From a virus: DNA of 64,000 nt. Below, piece by piece: positions 19,628 to 28,377 of the stretch. Position numbers and translations under genes: made by a program. Numbering within the stretch: position 1 is the first letter of the stretch; the number at the start of each line of letters is the position of its first letter. A model generated the notes under the pieces. It ran no database searches and was not told the origin of the DNA. It was given only the letters and a program-made list of their open reading frames with translations. The DNA lies in the IMG/VR virus record IMGVR_UViG_3300032093_000049, positions 1-64,000 of that record. One strand, given 5' to 3'.

Positions 19628-22600
19628 TTATTCATAGACTACTGTATAACCATCAGCTTTATACCTATCTATTTCTTCTGGGCTAAGATACATAGATATA
19701 CCTCCGTCTTTGTATTCTTTTTGAGATAAAGCATCTATTCCTACTAATGCAGGCACTGCATAAATACCTTTATTAAATATTTCTAAAAACTCTTCAGGCT
19801 TTATTATATCGAGTAATGTTTTTACTATTTTATCTTTAGGCTTTCTGTCCATAAAATATTGAGCAAGCTTATCTTCTGTTATATTTTCCCAATGATTTTT
19901 AAGTATATTCATTTCTACAAGTTTATCTCTAAAGCTTGTATTAAGATATGCATCTATTTCAACAGGATCACTTATGTATTCATATAGTGTTGGAGAGTTT
20001 TCCATTTTTGGAAATGCTGGTTGCATTAAGTCATCCGCTAACTGAGGGTTTATTTTACTTACTTCCCCCGGTGCCTCTAAAGCATTTTGCAATTTTTTTC
20101 CCCAAGCATTATTAAATGCAGCTAAATTATTTTGTCCTAATATTGTATGATGGCTCATTTCATGTTGAACTCTTCTTCTAATATCTTCAATAGGAGAATC
20201 ACCATATATAACTATTTTTCTATCATCAATTGTAGTAGGTTGACCTAAATTTCTTTTAGCAATACCTTCTGAAGTTAATGCTGAGTATCCTCCACCTCCT
20301 TCACCTGGATTATTTTCAACTCCTATCTTAAAAGGATATTTTTCTGCAACACCTTGACTTTGCTTTTGAGTAATTAAATCTTGTAGAGCTTGCATATAGT
20401 TTGTTCCATATTCTGCATCTAAAGCTTTAGCTCTTTGAATATTTTCTGGTGAAGTCTTTAGTCTAAAGTATTCTTCTGCTTGGTTAGCTATTTCTTTTTC
20501 AAAATCTGTATTTGGTGTAAAATAAGATTTTTCAGGTACTAAGAAACCTGCGTCTTCAAAATCTATTGTTCTATATATGTTAGGATCATTCATATCAAAG
20601 AATCCCACATTACCACGCAAAGATTTCATTCTATTTGAGTAGGGAACAACTATTTCAAAAGAGTTTTCATTTATTTTTGGATAAAATTCATCTCCAATAA
20701 CAAGATCATTATCTAGAAATCTATTGACTCTACCCTCTAATTTTGGAGGAATATCTCTATGAAACCATTTTAGTTGAGAATCTGCAAGTCTTTGTCTAGC
20801 ACTTAGTGGAATATTATCTGGTATAAAATTACTTGCATATAAAGGATTCTTACTATTTACAGCTAATTCGTAAACATTATCTCCGTATTCCTTAGCAAAA
20901 TCAAGAGGAGTTACATAAGTTCCTACTCCTTTATCTCCCATATCTGTTGTAGAACCAAAGTAATCTTTTTTAAATTCCTCAAATTTATTTGGGGAACCAT
21001 GTTTTACTGGTAAAACATTACCTTTCGAGTCTCTTAAAATATTAGGAAAAGCTTTTTTAAAGTAACTGCTTTGTTGTTGTATAAACTGTTCAGGAGTTCC
21101 TTGGAAAGGAGAACCATCAGGATTTTTCATCCAAGTACCATTAGCCTTTGTAGCTTCTTCTATTGCATTGTATTCATTAATAAGCTCTGGATATTTAGGA
21201 GTGTCAGGATTCCATTTACTCCAGTCTATTTCTGATTTAAAAGTGTTAATAGGATTAGTAGTAGTTTGTACTCTTGGAACATTCCTTAAAGGTAATTTAT
21301 TTGTAACATATCTACTTGCTCTAGCAAGATCATCTATAAGACCTGTTGCTTTTGCAAACGGAAGTACACTGACTGCATCTAATGTTTCGTTTAATCCTTC
21401 ACCATAGTTTGAACCGGTAAGTGGATTGACACCCATGTCAAAATCATCTTTAGTTGCATAGTTATATATGCCTTCTCCTAACCCAAAAGGCAAGGTAGCT
21501 AAATCACCAACAGTTTGTCCTACTCCTTTTGCAGTTTCTATAGGATTTTCAACAACTCTAACTAATGCAGGGGCTCCAGTTAATTCTAATGCGGTCTCAG
21601 TAACTGCCATGTTTTTAGCCTTTCTTGCATTAGCTTCATCTACTGCATCCTGAAACTGACCTTTGTAACCTTCTCTCATTACATAAGGATCAAATCTAGA
21701 CCAGTTTCTTTCTTCATACATTCTAGCAAAATCAGAAGTAGATATCTTATCTTCTTTTACTTTTCTTCTAGCTCTTTCAAATTCTTCAGCTTGTTTGCGA
21801 TAATCTTCTGCACCTTGAATAAAACGGGAGAGTTCTTTATTTGTAAAGTCTTTAGGTTTCACATCTTGATACCAAGCTTCTCTACCTCTAACTGTAGTCA
21901 TAAGAGCTCTTGCTTTGTCCATAAGCTGCTTATGTTTTTTTTCTGCAGCCGGAGTTGCATATGCAAATGTTTCCGGAGCATCATATGTTAGTTCTGGTTG
22001 TGTAATTATACCTTCTTGTGCTTTAGTTAATCCACCATTTTTTTTATTTCTCGTAGGATCTTCATAAACTTCTTCTCCTTTTTCATTAATCCATGCTACT
22101 CCAGGAGCATCCATTGGTTGCCAACCTTCTCCTGGAAAATATGCTGAGTAAGGAACTTGCTTAAAATCTTTTATCTTATACTCTCCAGGTTTATTAGGAT
22201 CAGGTTCCATAACAGTCTGCAGTCTTTTTGCAGTTCTGATAGGATCATAATTTATAGGTTTAGGTATTAAATTTCTTTGTATAAATTCTGGTGTTTCTGG
22301 TTGAGAAATAGTTTTAACAGGAAGTCTTCCTATTTCAGGTATTGTACTAGTAAACTCTGGTTCTTCACTTCCTTCAGGTAACTTTTTATAAATAAAGAAT
22401 TGCTGTGGGGCCATATATTCATTAACTCTCCACGGTTGTCGACCACTAGGATTTGCAGGAGCATATGTATTAATTTTAATAGTATTAATAGGTTTTATTT
22501 TACCAATAGCCTTTGGATCAATATAGTGGTTACTGAAACTAGTACTTTTATTAATAGCACGAAGAGCACCAATATTAGCCACTGGATTAAGATTTACAAG

Positions 22601-22885
22601 TTGAGCTTTACCAAGTTTGTCTGTTAACGGTTTTTTATACTGCCAGCTATCAGCACTTAAGTTTTTCATTTTTGAATATGTGTTATACAAAATTGAACTG
22701 TCTATATATGCATCAACTCGCCTATTATACTCATCAGGATCTGTAATTACATAAGGATTGTTATAGTTTTTTTGTACACACATCTTTAACTTAGAATTCC
22801 ATATCCATCCTTTTGGACATGCACCCGTGCCTGCAGCCCTTCCCTTTTGTGCTTTAGGTAAACCTGTTATCTTATACTTTGCCAT
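19628..22885 (-). CDS. Polyvalent cargo protein (1085 aa): ART-PolyVal-like ADP-ribosyltransferase domain plus zincin metallopeptidase domain
   Basis: KANGTWMKNPDG...PVKHGS...F..F...GVGTYVT...AKEYG..VY...NP...EIVV...KSLRGNVGFFD pattern; QHEMSHH...DPVEIDAY zincin motif. Confidence 0.65.
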   Translation of the reverse strand: MAKYKITGLPKAQKGRAAGTGACPKGWIWNSKLKMCVQKNYNNPYVITDPDEYNRRVDAYIDSSILYNTYSKMKNLSADSWQYKKPLTDKLGKAQLVNLNPVANIGALRAINKSTSFSNHYIDPKAIGKIKPINTIKINTYAPANPSGRQPWRVNEYMAPQQFFIYKKLPEGSEEPEFTSTIPEIGRLPVKTISQPETPEFIQRNLIPKPINYDPIRTAKRLQTVMEPDPNKPGEYKIKDFKQVPYSAYFPGEGWQPMDAPGVAWINEKGEEVYEDPTRNKKNGGLTKAQEGIITQPELTYDAPETFAYATPAAEKKHKQLMDKARALMTTVRGREAWYQDVKPKDFTNKELSRFIQGAEDYRKQAEEFERARRKVKEDKISTSDFARMYEERNWSRFDPYVMREGYKGQFQDAVDEANARKAKNMAVTETALELTGAPALVRVVENPIETAKGVGQTVGDLATLPFGLGEGIYNYATKDDFDMGVNPLTGSNYGEGLNETLDAVSVLPFAKATGLIDDLARASRYVTNKLPLRNVPRVQTTTNPINTFKSEIDWSKWNPDTPKYPELINEYNAIEEATKANGTWMKNPDGSPFQGTPEQFIQQQSSYFKKAFPNILRDSKGNVLPVKHGSPNKFEEFKKDYFGSTTDMGDKGVGTYVTPLDFAKEYGDNVYELAVNSKNPLYASNFIPDNIPLSARQRLADSQLKWFHRDIPPKLEGRVNRFLDNDLVIGDEFYPKINENSFEIVVPYSNRMKSLRGNVGFFDMNDPNIYRTIDFEDAGFLVPEKSYFTPNTDFEKEIANQAEEYFRLKTSPENIQRAKALDAEYGTNYMQALQDLITQKQSQGVAEKYPFKIGVENNPGEGGGGYSALTSEGIAKRNLGQPTTIDDRKIVIYGDSPIEDIRRRVQHEMSHHTILGQNNLAAFNNAWGKKLQNALEAPGEVSKINPQLADDLMQPAFPKMENSPTLYEYISDPVEIDAYLNTSFRDKLVEMNILKNHWENITEDKLAQYFMDRKPKDKIVKTLLDIIKPEEFLEIFNKGIYAVPALVGIDALSQKEYKDGGISMYLSPEEIDRYKADGYTVVYE

Positions 22886-25800
22886 TACTTAACCATTTCT
22901 AATGTATAACCTAATCTTTGCCATTCTCTTACTTGCTCATCAGTAAGTTCTATTTCATCTCCAATATTGTGAGTACCACCTTCTTTTTTGTTTGTTATAA
23001 ATTTTTTAAGTTGCTTTCTTCTAAATTCATCTTGGGGTGATAATTTACCTGTCTCTTTTTCTATTTTATTAAGAGTTTCTAATTCTAATTTATATTTACT
23101 TTTTTTATCAGATTTATAAGATTTACTAGATTCATATATTCCTAGACCTGTAGCCGCAGTTGCTACGGCTAATAGTATTCCAGGTCTTATAATTTGAATC
23201 TTATCTCTTCTACGATTAAGTTCATCAATAGTATCAGTCAGTGTAATTATTTTATCATTTAAGTCTTGTCTTTCTTTTAATAACCTTTCTACTTCAGCTG
23301 GATTTTTTTTAGATGCATATTGTATAGCTGTTTTTGCAATTTTTTCATCAAATAACTTCTGAAATTCTAATGCTTCATTTTTCTTTTTTACTAATTCATC
23401 TAAGCCACCATCAAGATAATGTTTAAGCTTATAATAATCTTTTTCTATTATACCTATGTTGGTTAAATTAGAAGTGTTAGCAAGATTGGTAAATCTTTCA
23501 GTTTGTGATTTTAAAACCGGAACATATTTATTAAACGAAAGAGTTAGAGCATCAAATTTTTTATCAAAATCATTTAATAATGTTGTGTATTTACTACCAG
23601 CAAAAAAACCTCTTTGTATAGCTTTAGCTCCTAATAAAGATGCAGCTTCTTTATAAAAATTATCAATATTGCTCACATCTTCTGGTATACTAGTCATACC
23701 AAAAGTTTCAGGATCTAATAAATCTCCTAAAGTTTTTGGTAATTTTTTCTCATCAATTTTAATATTATACTTTTCAGCAATATTTTTTAATTGAGTTACT
23801 TCAGCAGATTCTAACTGTCTATTACCAGATGTTTGTTTAATTATATCGTCTACATATTCTTTTGGCGTATTATACTTTTTATTTTTTATCAAATCATAAT
23901 ATATGCTACCAGTAATATCTTGATCCATATTTGCAAACTTAGGACTACCCAGAGTTACTGAATTTGTACCCATACCCATTGCTGAAGCCCCTTTACCTTT
24001 CCATTGTGTATACGCATTAAAAAGATCTTCAGGAGTTTTTATATACTCAGGAACTAATGATATTTCTCTATTATATATTGAATTATTAATATAAAAGTCA
24101 TTTAAAAATAACTGCATCCTTTTGGGATCAGAAGCAATTTTTGAAAGGTTATGTTTTGTTACACCTATATCTTTTAATATTTTGAGGTTTTCAGAGAAAT
24201 CAGATAATTGATCTTCTGAGAACTGATATCCTATTGAACCTTTTGAACCAACAATGCTTTTGGTAAATAATTCTTGTGCTTTCGCAACTTTATTATAATC
24301 AGTTGAGGTTTCTAATATATAATCAATTCTATTTATTTGTTTTGTCTTATTAAGATTTAATCCTGATCTAACTTGAGGTGTTGCTTCATATGCATCAAGA
24401 ATAGATTTTATTTCTGGATCATATGCATCCATTAACTCCTGTGGTGTTTTACTAATGCTAAGACTAGGAAGATTTTTTAAATTTATAGATTTAGTTATTC
24501 CTTGCTCTACTAAACGTTGTGTTTCTTTATAAAATTCATCAGGAAAGAATTGTCTAAATAACTCAGTAGCAAACTCTCCTTCTGCCATTCCTGTTTTAGG
24601 ATTTTCTTGAATTATATTTACATCAATTTTACCTTGAGAACCAAACTCATCTCCTAAATTTATTGTTGGTCCATATTTAGCTTGTTTACTTTGATCAATG
24701 CTAACATTCTTTTTTACTTTATTCCAATCACTAGCCGTCATAGCCACATCAATATCATTAGAAGCATGTGCTACACCAATATTATGAAATACTGAACTCC
24801 CAAATGGTTTAGAACCTGGAAGAACTTTTTGTACAAAAGCAATATTTTTATTTTGTGTATCAGCATATTTTGGATTAAAACTAAAATCAGGTATAAATTT
24901 TTCTGTTTTAACAGGGATTCCTTCTTTTAACTCTAGTGTAACTTCTTGACCTGGAACTTGAATATCAAATGGTATCTTTTCTTTTGTCTCAAAATCATAA
25001 ATATAGTTAATGTTTTGACCTGTTCCCGGATCTGTAACTACAGATTTCATTGTACCTATTTGCTGATATGGAGATAGTTCTTCGCTGTATAAAATTTTAT
25101 CATCAACTAATTTTGCATTATTTCTTAATCTACTTAGTTCATCTATTTTATCTTGTAGTTTAATTATTTGTTGTTTGGTAGCTATATCTTGAGTTCGATT
25201 ACTTTTTAATTGATGAAGTTTATACTTTGCTGTAATTATGTCTCTTTCTATTTCCTGATTTTGTTTCCATAACTCAAGACTTTTATCTTGAAGTTCAGCT
25301 CTTTCAAAAGCTAACTTCTCACTTTTTTTCCTATACTTTCTTAATATACCTGGTGTTAAAGATTCTCCAACATTTTTACCAAAATAATATGCTCCCTCTC
25401 CAATAGTTTGTGCTACTGGTTTTGCAGTATTATATACTTTTTTTACACCTTTAGTAATATCATCTATAGCACCCATACCAGGTATCATTTCAAGAGCTGT
25501 TTCTCCTAATGCCCAACCTGCATCTGACCAGTCACCTGTTTGTCTTGCTTTACCTATAAGGCCAGGAATTTCTGCTGCAGTTTTAATTGCTTGCAATGCA
25601 GCAGTAGCAGGATTAAAATAACTTGCAAAATCTAATCCTTTACCAACAGCATTTCTACTAAGTATTGGATCTTCTTCACCTAGTTTATCTAAAGCTCTTT
25701 CATAGTCTGTAATATTCCATGGAGCATTCATCATATCTCCTGTTGCTACAGAGTAATTAAAGTAGTCAATTGGATTTGTTATTATATCCCAAACTTTACC

Positions 25801-28377
25801 AGCATAATCTCCAAAAGTTGGATTTTCAGGAGCATTAAAATAAGTTGTGCTTTTGCTTGGTGTTTGAATAACTCCTGGATCATATTGTGTACCTACTCCA
25901 GAAAGATTCCATCTTCTATTAGCTATTTCATCTTCATCAGCTTTAGTCCATTCTAAACCACTTTGCTCATAAAGTTTCTTTGCTTCCTGAATATCTTTTT
26001 GAATTTGATCTTCTACTTTTTCATAGTTAGATTTACCAGTTACTTTAAAATCTTTGTCAAAAACTTTCTGTGCAGCTATCTGTTGAGCAGTAGGTTTTTT
26101 AGCAACTTGTTTTGCGGGTGCACTTTGAAAAGCTTGATTTCTATTTTCAACGAGGTCATAGTAGTCTTGATCAAAAAGTTGCTTAGCCCCTTTGTTTAAC
26201 TTAGCAGTTCTCTCTGCCACATCTCCTTTTGATAATGGTTGAAAGTTACCCGATCTGTTCCAGTCTACTTCCCACTTATTTCCAACCTTTCTATAAACAC
26301 CTTCACTTCCGGGATATGTATAGTACATACCTCCTTTTTGAAAGCTTCTTACACCTCCGTATTGCTGTTTGCCTTGAAGATTCTTTTGTCTATACTCTTC
26401 TCTTTCTCTTGCATATTTTTCTTTTAAGCTTTCTGTAGGTTGGCTTGTTTCTTCTCGTTCTGGCATTGGAAACTCAGGAGCCGGTTGCTCATTGTCTCCT
26501 CCACTTATACTCCATACACCATATCTGTATTTCTTTTCTGGCTTTTCAATATCAACTAAACTAGGTTCAACATTTTCTCTTATTCTTTTGGCAATTGGTT
26601 TAATAGATTTATTAACACTTTCATAGCCACCTAATGAAGGATTAGTTTTTCTATATACAAAATCTTTGTCATAGTATACGGACTCTCCATGACCAAATGA
26701 ACACTCAGGACAATTTGTTTTTAGATAGCTTTCATATCTTTGTTTTGGACCTGATTTGTAAAACTGATCATATGGTAAAAGCCCTTCTGGTATATATGCG
26801 GGATTTGCATAATTTTCTTGAACTTTCTTATTTAATTCATCATTTATGTTTTCAAGTTTAAACTTACCAGTATTAACTAATTCTTGAGCTACTGCTAGAT
26901 TTTGTTTTTCAAGCTCTTTTGCTTTTTCCCACTCTTTATATTTTTTATACTGATGTGTGTTTTCAGAAGGAACATAGTATGTATTTGTAGCTTCATCATA
27001 TCCTTCTGCTTTTGAGGGGTCAACAGCAAGCTTATAGTTAATATCTGGATAAATATTTATTGTTTGATAATCACCTGCACCATATACTAAGTCTTTTTGC
27101 TGTATTGGTTTAATATATATTGGCTGATTAATGTGAGTAAACTCCCTACTATATTCTGTAGGCCAGATATCATGTACTGAATGTAAATCTCTTATATCTG
27201 TACCTTCAGGATATCCATATTCTACTCTTTCATAATCTGAAACACATTTTTTTATTTTTAGATCATACGTATAACCTTCAGGACATCTTACAACTTTGCC
27301 AGTTTGAGCTTTAGGCAATTCTTCTACTACATACCCATCTTTTTTATACTGTTCTATTTCTTTAGGAGTAAGATCTAATTCTAGATACCCACCATCTTGA
27401 AATGTATAACCCTGCTTTTTGAGCTTTTGAATATGATTTACATATTTTAATGCATCTTTATATGAAACATTTGAAGGAATATAATCTCCAAAGTTTGTCA
27501 GACTTATATCACTATAGTCTTTTTGCATAAGCTTTTTAAGTTCTGTATTTTCAAGATCTAATAGCTTTTTTTGCATTTCTTTAAGAACTGGATCTGCAGG
27601 TGGAATATTTCTTTTATCATCTTCAATAAATAATGAACCAATAAAATCTTGATTGTTTACAGGCAAGCTAAAGAAGTCATCATCTGTTTCAATAGATTCG
27701 TAAAATTTATTTTCAAGGGGCTCATATAAAGTTTTATACCTCTCTTGTTGAGATTGTTTGTTTTCAACTGCTTGTTGAGCTTTAGTTCCTTTTGTCCATG
27801 TTTTATTATCAGGATTAAATCCGTACCATTCATCTCCTGGAGATCTCCCCCATTGGTCTTTAGTAGTAAACTGTTTTTTATCAGGATCAAACCCATACCA
27901 TGGTGAATCTGATTTTCTTCCCCAAGAGTCTGTTTCTCCACCTCCTTGATAGTACTTAGCATTAGGATCAAAGATTTTCTTTTTCTTTGATTTAGGCTTT
28001 TTGAATAATGGATTTTTGTCAAACAACTTATTAGTAGCAGAGAGACTTCTTGAATACTTTTTAGTATTAGTTTTTTGACCTCCTTTTTTTAACTCATACT
28101 CATCTACATATTCTGCTCCGTCAAAAGTTTGATTACTAGTATCTCCAGCAGGTATTATTCTTTCTTCACCAGTAGATGCAACAGCTAGTATATTATAAGG
28201 TGTTGGATTATATATAGTATTGCTTGGAATTCTATAATTGGTTCCTGCCGGTGGCTCTCCTTGTTTATATCCAGAAGTAGATACAAAAGGAATTAGGTCA
28301 TTATTAGCAACCTTTTTTTTTGATGGCTTGTTTAACTTTTTTGTTGCCTCTGATAAAACTTTCTTGTTGTAGCCCAT
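22885..28377 (-). CDS. Polyvalent cargo protein (1830 aa) with Pol-beta-type nucleotidyltransferase-like motif and C-terminal hydrophobic helix
   Basis: PFGSS...SNDIDVAM...KIDVNII at ~24610-24810; ILLAVATAATGLGIY near the C-terminus; repeated GG motifs. Confidence 0.55.
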   Translation of the reverse strand: MGYNKKVLSEATKKLNKPSKKKVANNDLIPFVSTSGYKQGEPPAGTNYRIPSNTIYNPTPYNILAVASTGEERIIPAGDTSNQTFDGAEYVDEYELKKGGQKTNTKKYSRSLSATNKLFDKNPLFKKPKSKKKKIFDPNAKYYQGGGETDSWGRKSDSPWYGFDPDKKQFTTKDQWGRSPGDEWYGFNPDNKTWTKGTKAQQAVENKQSQQERYKTLYEPLENKFYESIETDDDFFSLPVNNQDFIGSLFIEDDKRNIPPADPVLKEMQKKLLDLENTELKKLMQKDYSDISLTNFGDYIPSNVSYKDALKYVNHIQKLKKQGYTFQDGGYLELDLTPKEIEQYKKDGYVVEELPKAQTGKVVRCPEGYTYDLKIKKCVSDYERVEYGYPEGTDIRDLHSVHDIWPTEYSREFTHINQPIYIKPIQQKDLVYGAGDYQTINIYPDINYKLAVDPSKAEGYDEATNTYYVPSENTHQYKKYKEWEKAKELEKQNLAVAQELVNTGKFKLENINDELNKKVQENYANPAYIPEGLLPYDQFYKSGPKQRYESYLKTNCPECSFGHGESVYYDKDFVYRKTNPSLGGYESVNKSIKPIAKRIRENVEPSLVDIEKPEKKYRYGVWSISGGDNEQPAPEFPMPEREETSQPTESLKEKYAREREEYRQKNLQGKQQYGGVRSFQKGGMYYTYPGSEGVYRKVGNKWEVDWNRSGNFQPLSKGDVAERTAKLNKGAKQLFDQDYYDLVENRNQAFQSAPAKQVAKKPTAQQIAAQKVFDKDFKVTGKSNYEKVEDQIQKDIQEAKKLYEQSGLEWTKADEDEIANRRWNLSGVGTQYDPGVIQTPSKSTTYFNAPENPTFGDYAGKVWDIITNPIDYFNYSVATGDMMNAPWNITDYERALDKLGEEDPILSRNAVGKGLDFASYFNPATAALQAIKTAAEIPGLIGKARQTGDWSDAGWALGETALEMIPGMGAIDDITKGVKKVYNTAKPVAQTIGEGAYYFGKNVGESLTPGILRKYRKKSEKLAFERAELQDKSLELWKQNQEIERDIITAKYKLHQLKSNRTQDIATKQQIIKLQDKIDELSRLRNNAKLVDDKILYSEELSPYQQIGTMKSVVTDPGTGQNINYIYDFETKEKIPFDIQVPGQEVTLELKEGIPVKTEKFIPDFSFNPKYADTQNKNIAFVQKVLPGSKPFGSSVFHNIGVAHASNDIDVAMTASDWNKVKKNVSIDQSKQAKYGPTINLGDEFGSQGKIDVNIIQENPKTGMAEGEFATELFRQFFPDEFYKETQRLVEQGITKSINLKNLPSLSISKTPQELMDAYDPEIKSILDAYEATPQVRSGLNLNKTKQINRIDYILETSTDYNKVAKAQELFTKSIVGSKGSIGYQFSEDQLSDFSENLKILKDIGVTKHNLSKIASDPKRMQLFLNDFYINNSIYNREISLVPEYIKTPEDLFNAYTQWKGKGASAMGMGTNSVTLGSPKFANMDQDITGSIYYDLIKNKKYNTPKEYVDDIIKQTSGNRQLESAEVTQLKNIAEKYNIKIDEKKLPKTLGDLLDPETFGMTSIPEDVSNIDNFYKEAASLLGAKAIQRGFFAGSKYTTLLNDFDKKFDALTLSFNKYVPVLKSQTERFTNLANTSNLTNIGIIEKDYYKLKHYLDGGLDELVKKKNEALEFQKLFDEKIAKTAIQYASKKNPAEVERLLKERQDLNDKIITLTDTIDELNRRRDKIQIIRPGILLAVATAATGLGIYESSKSYKSDKKSKYKLELETLNKIEKETGKLSPQDEFRRKQLKKFITNKKEGGTHNIGDEIELTDEQVREWQRLGYTLEMVK

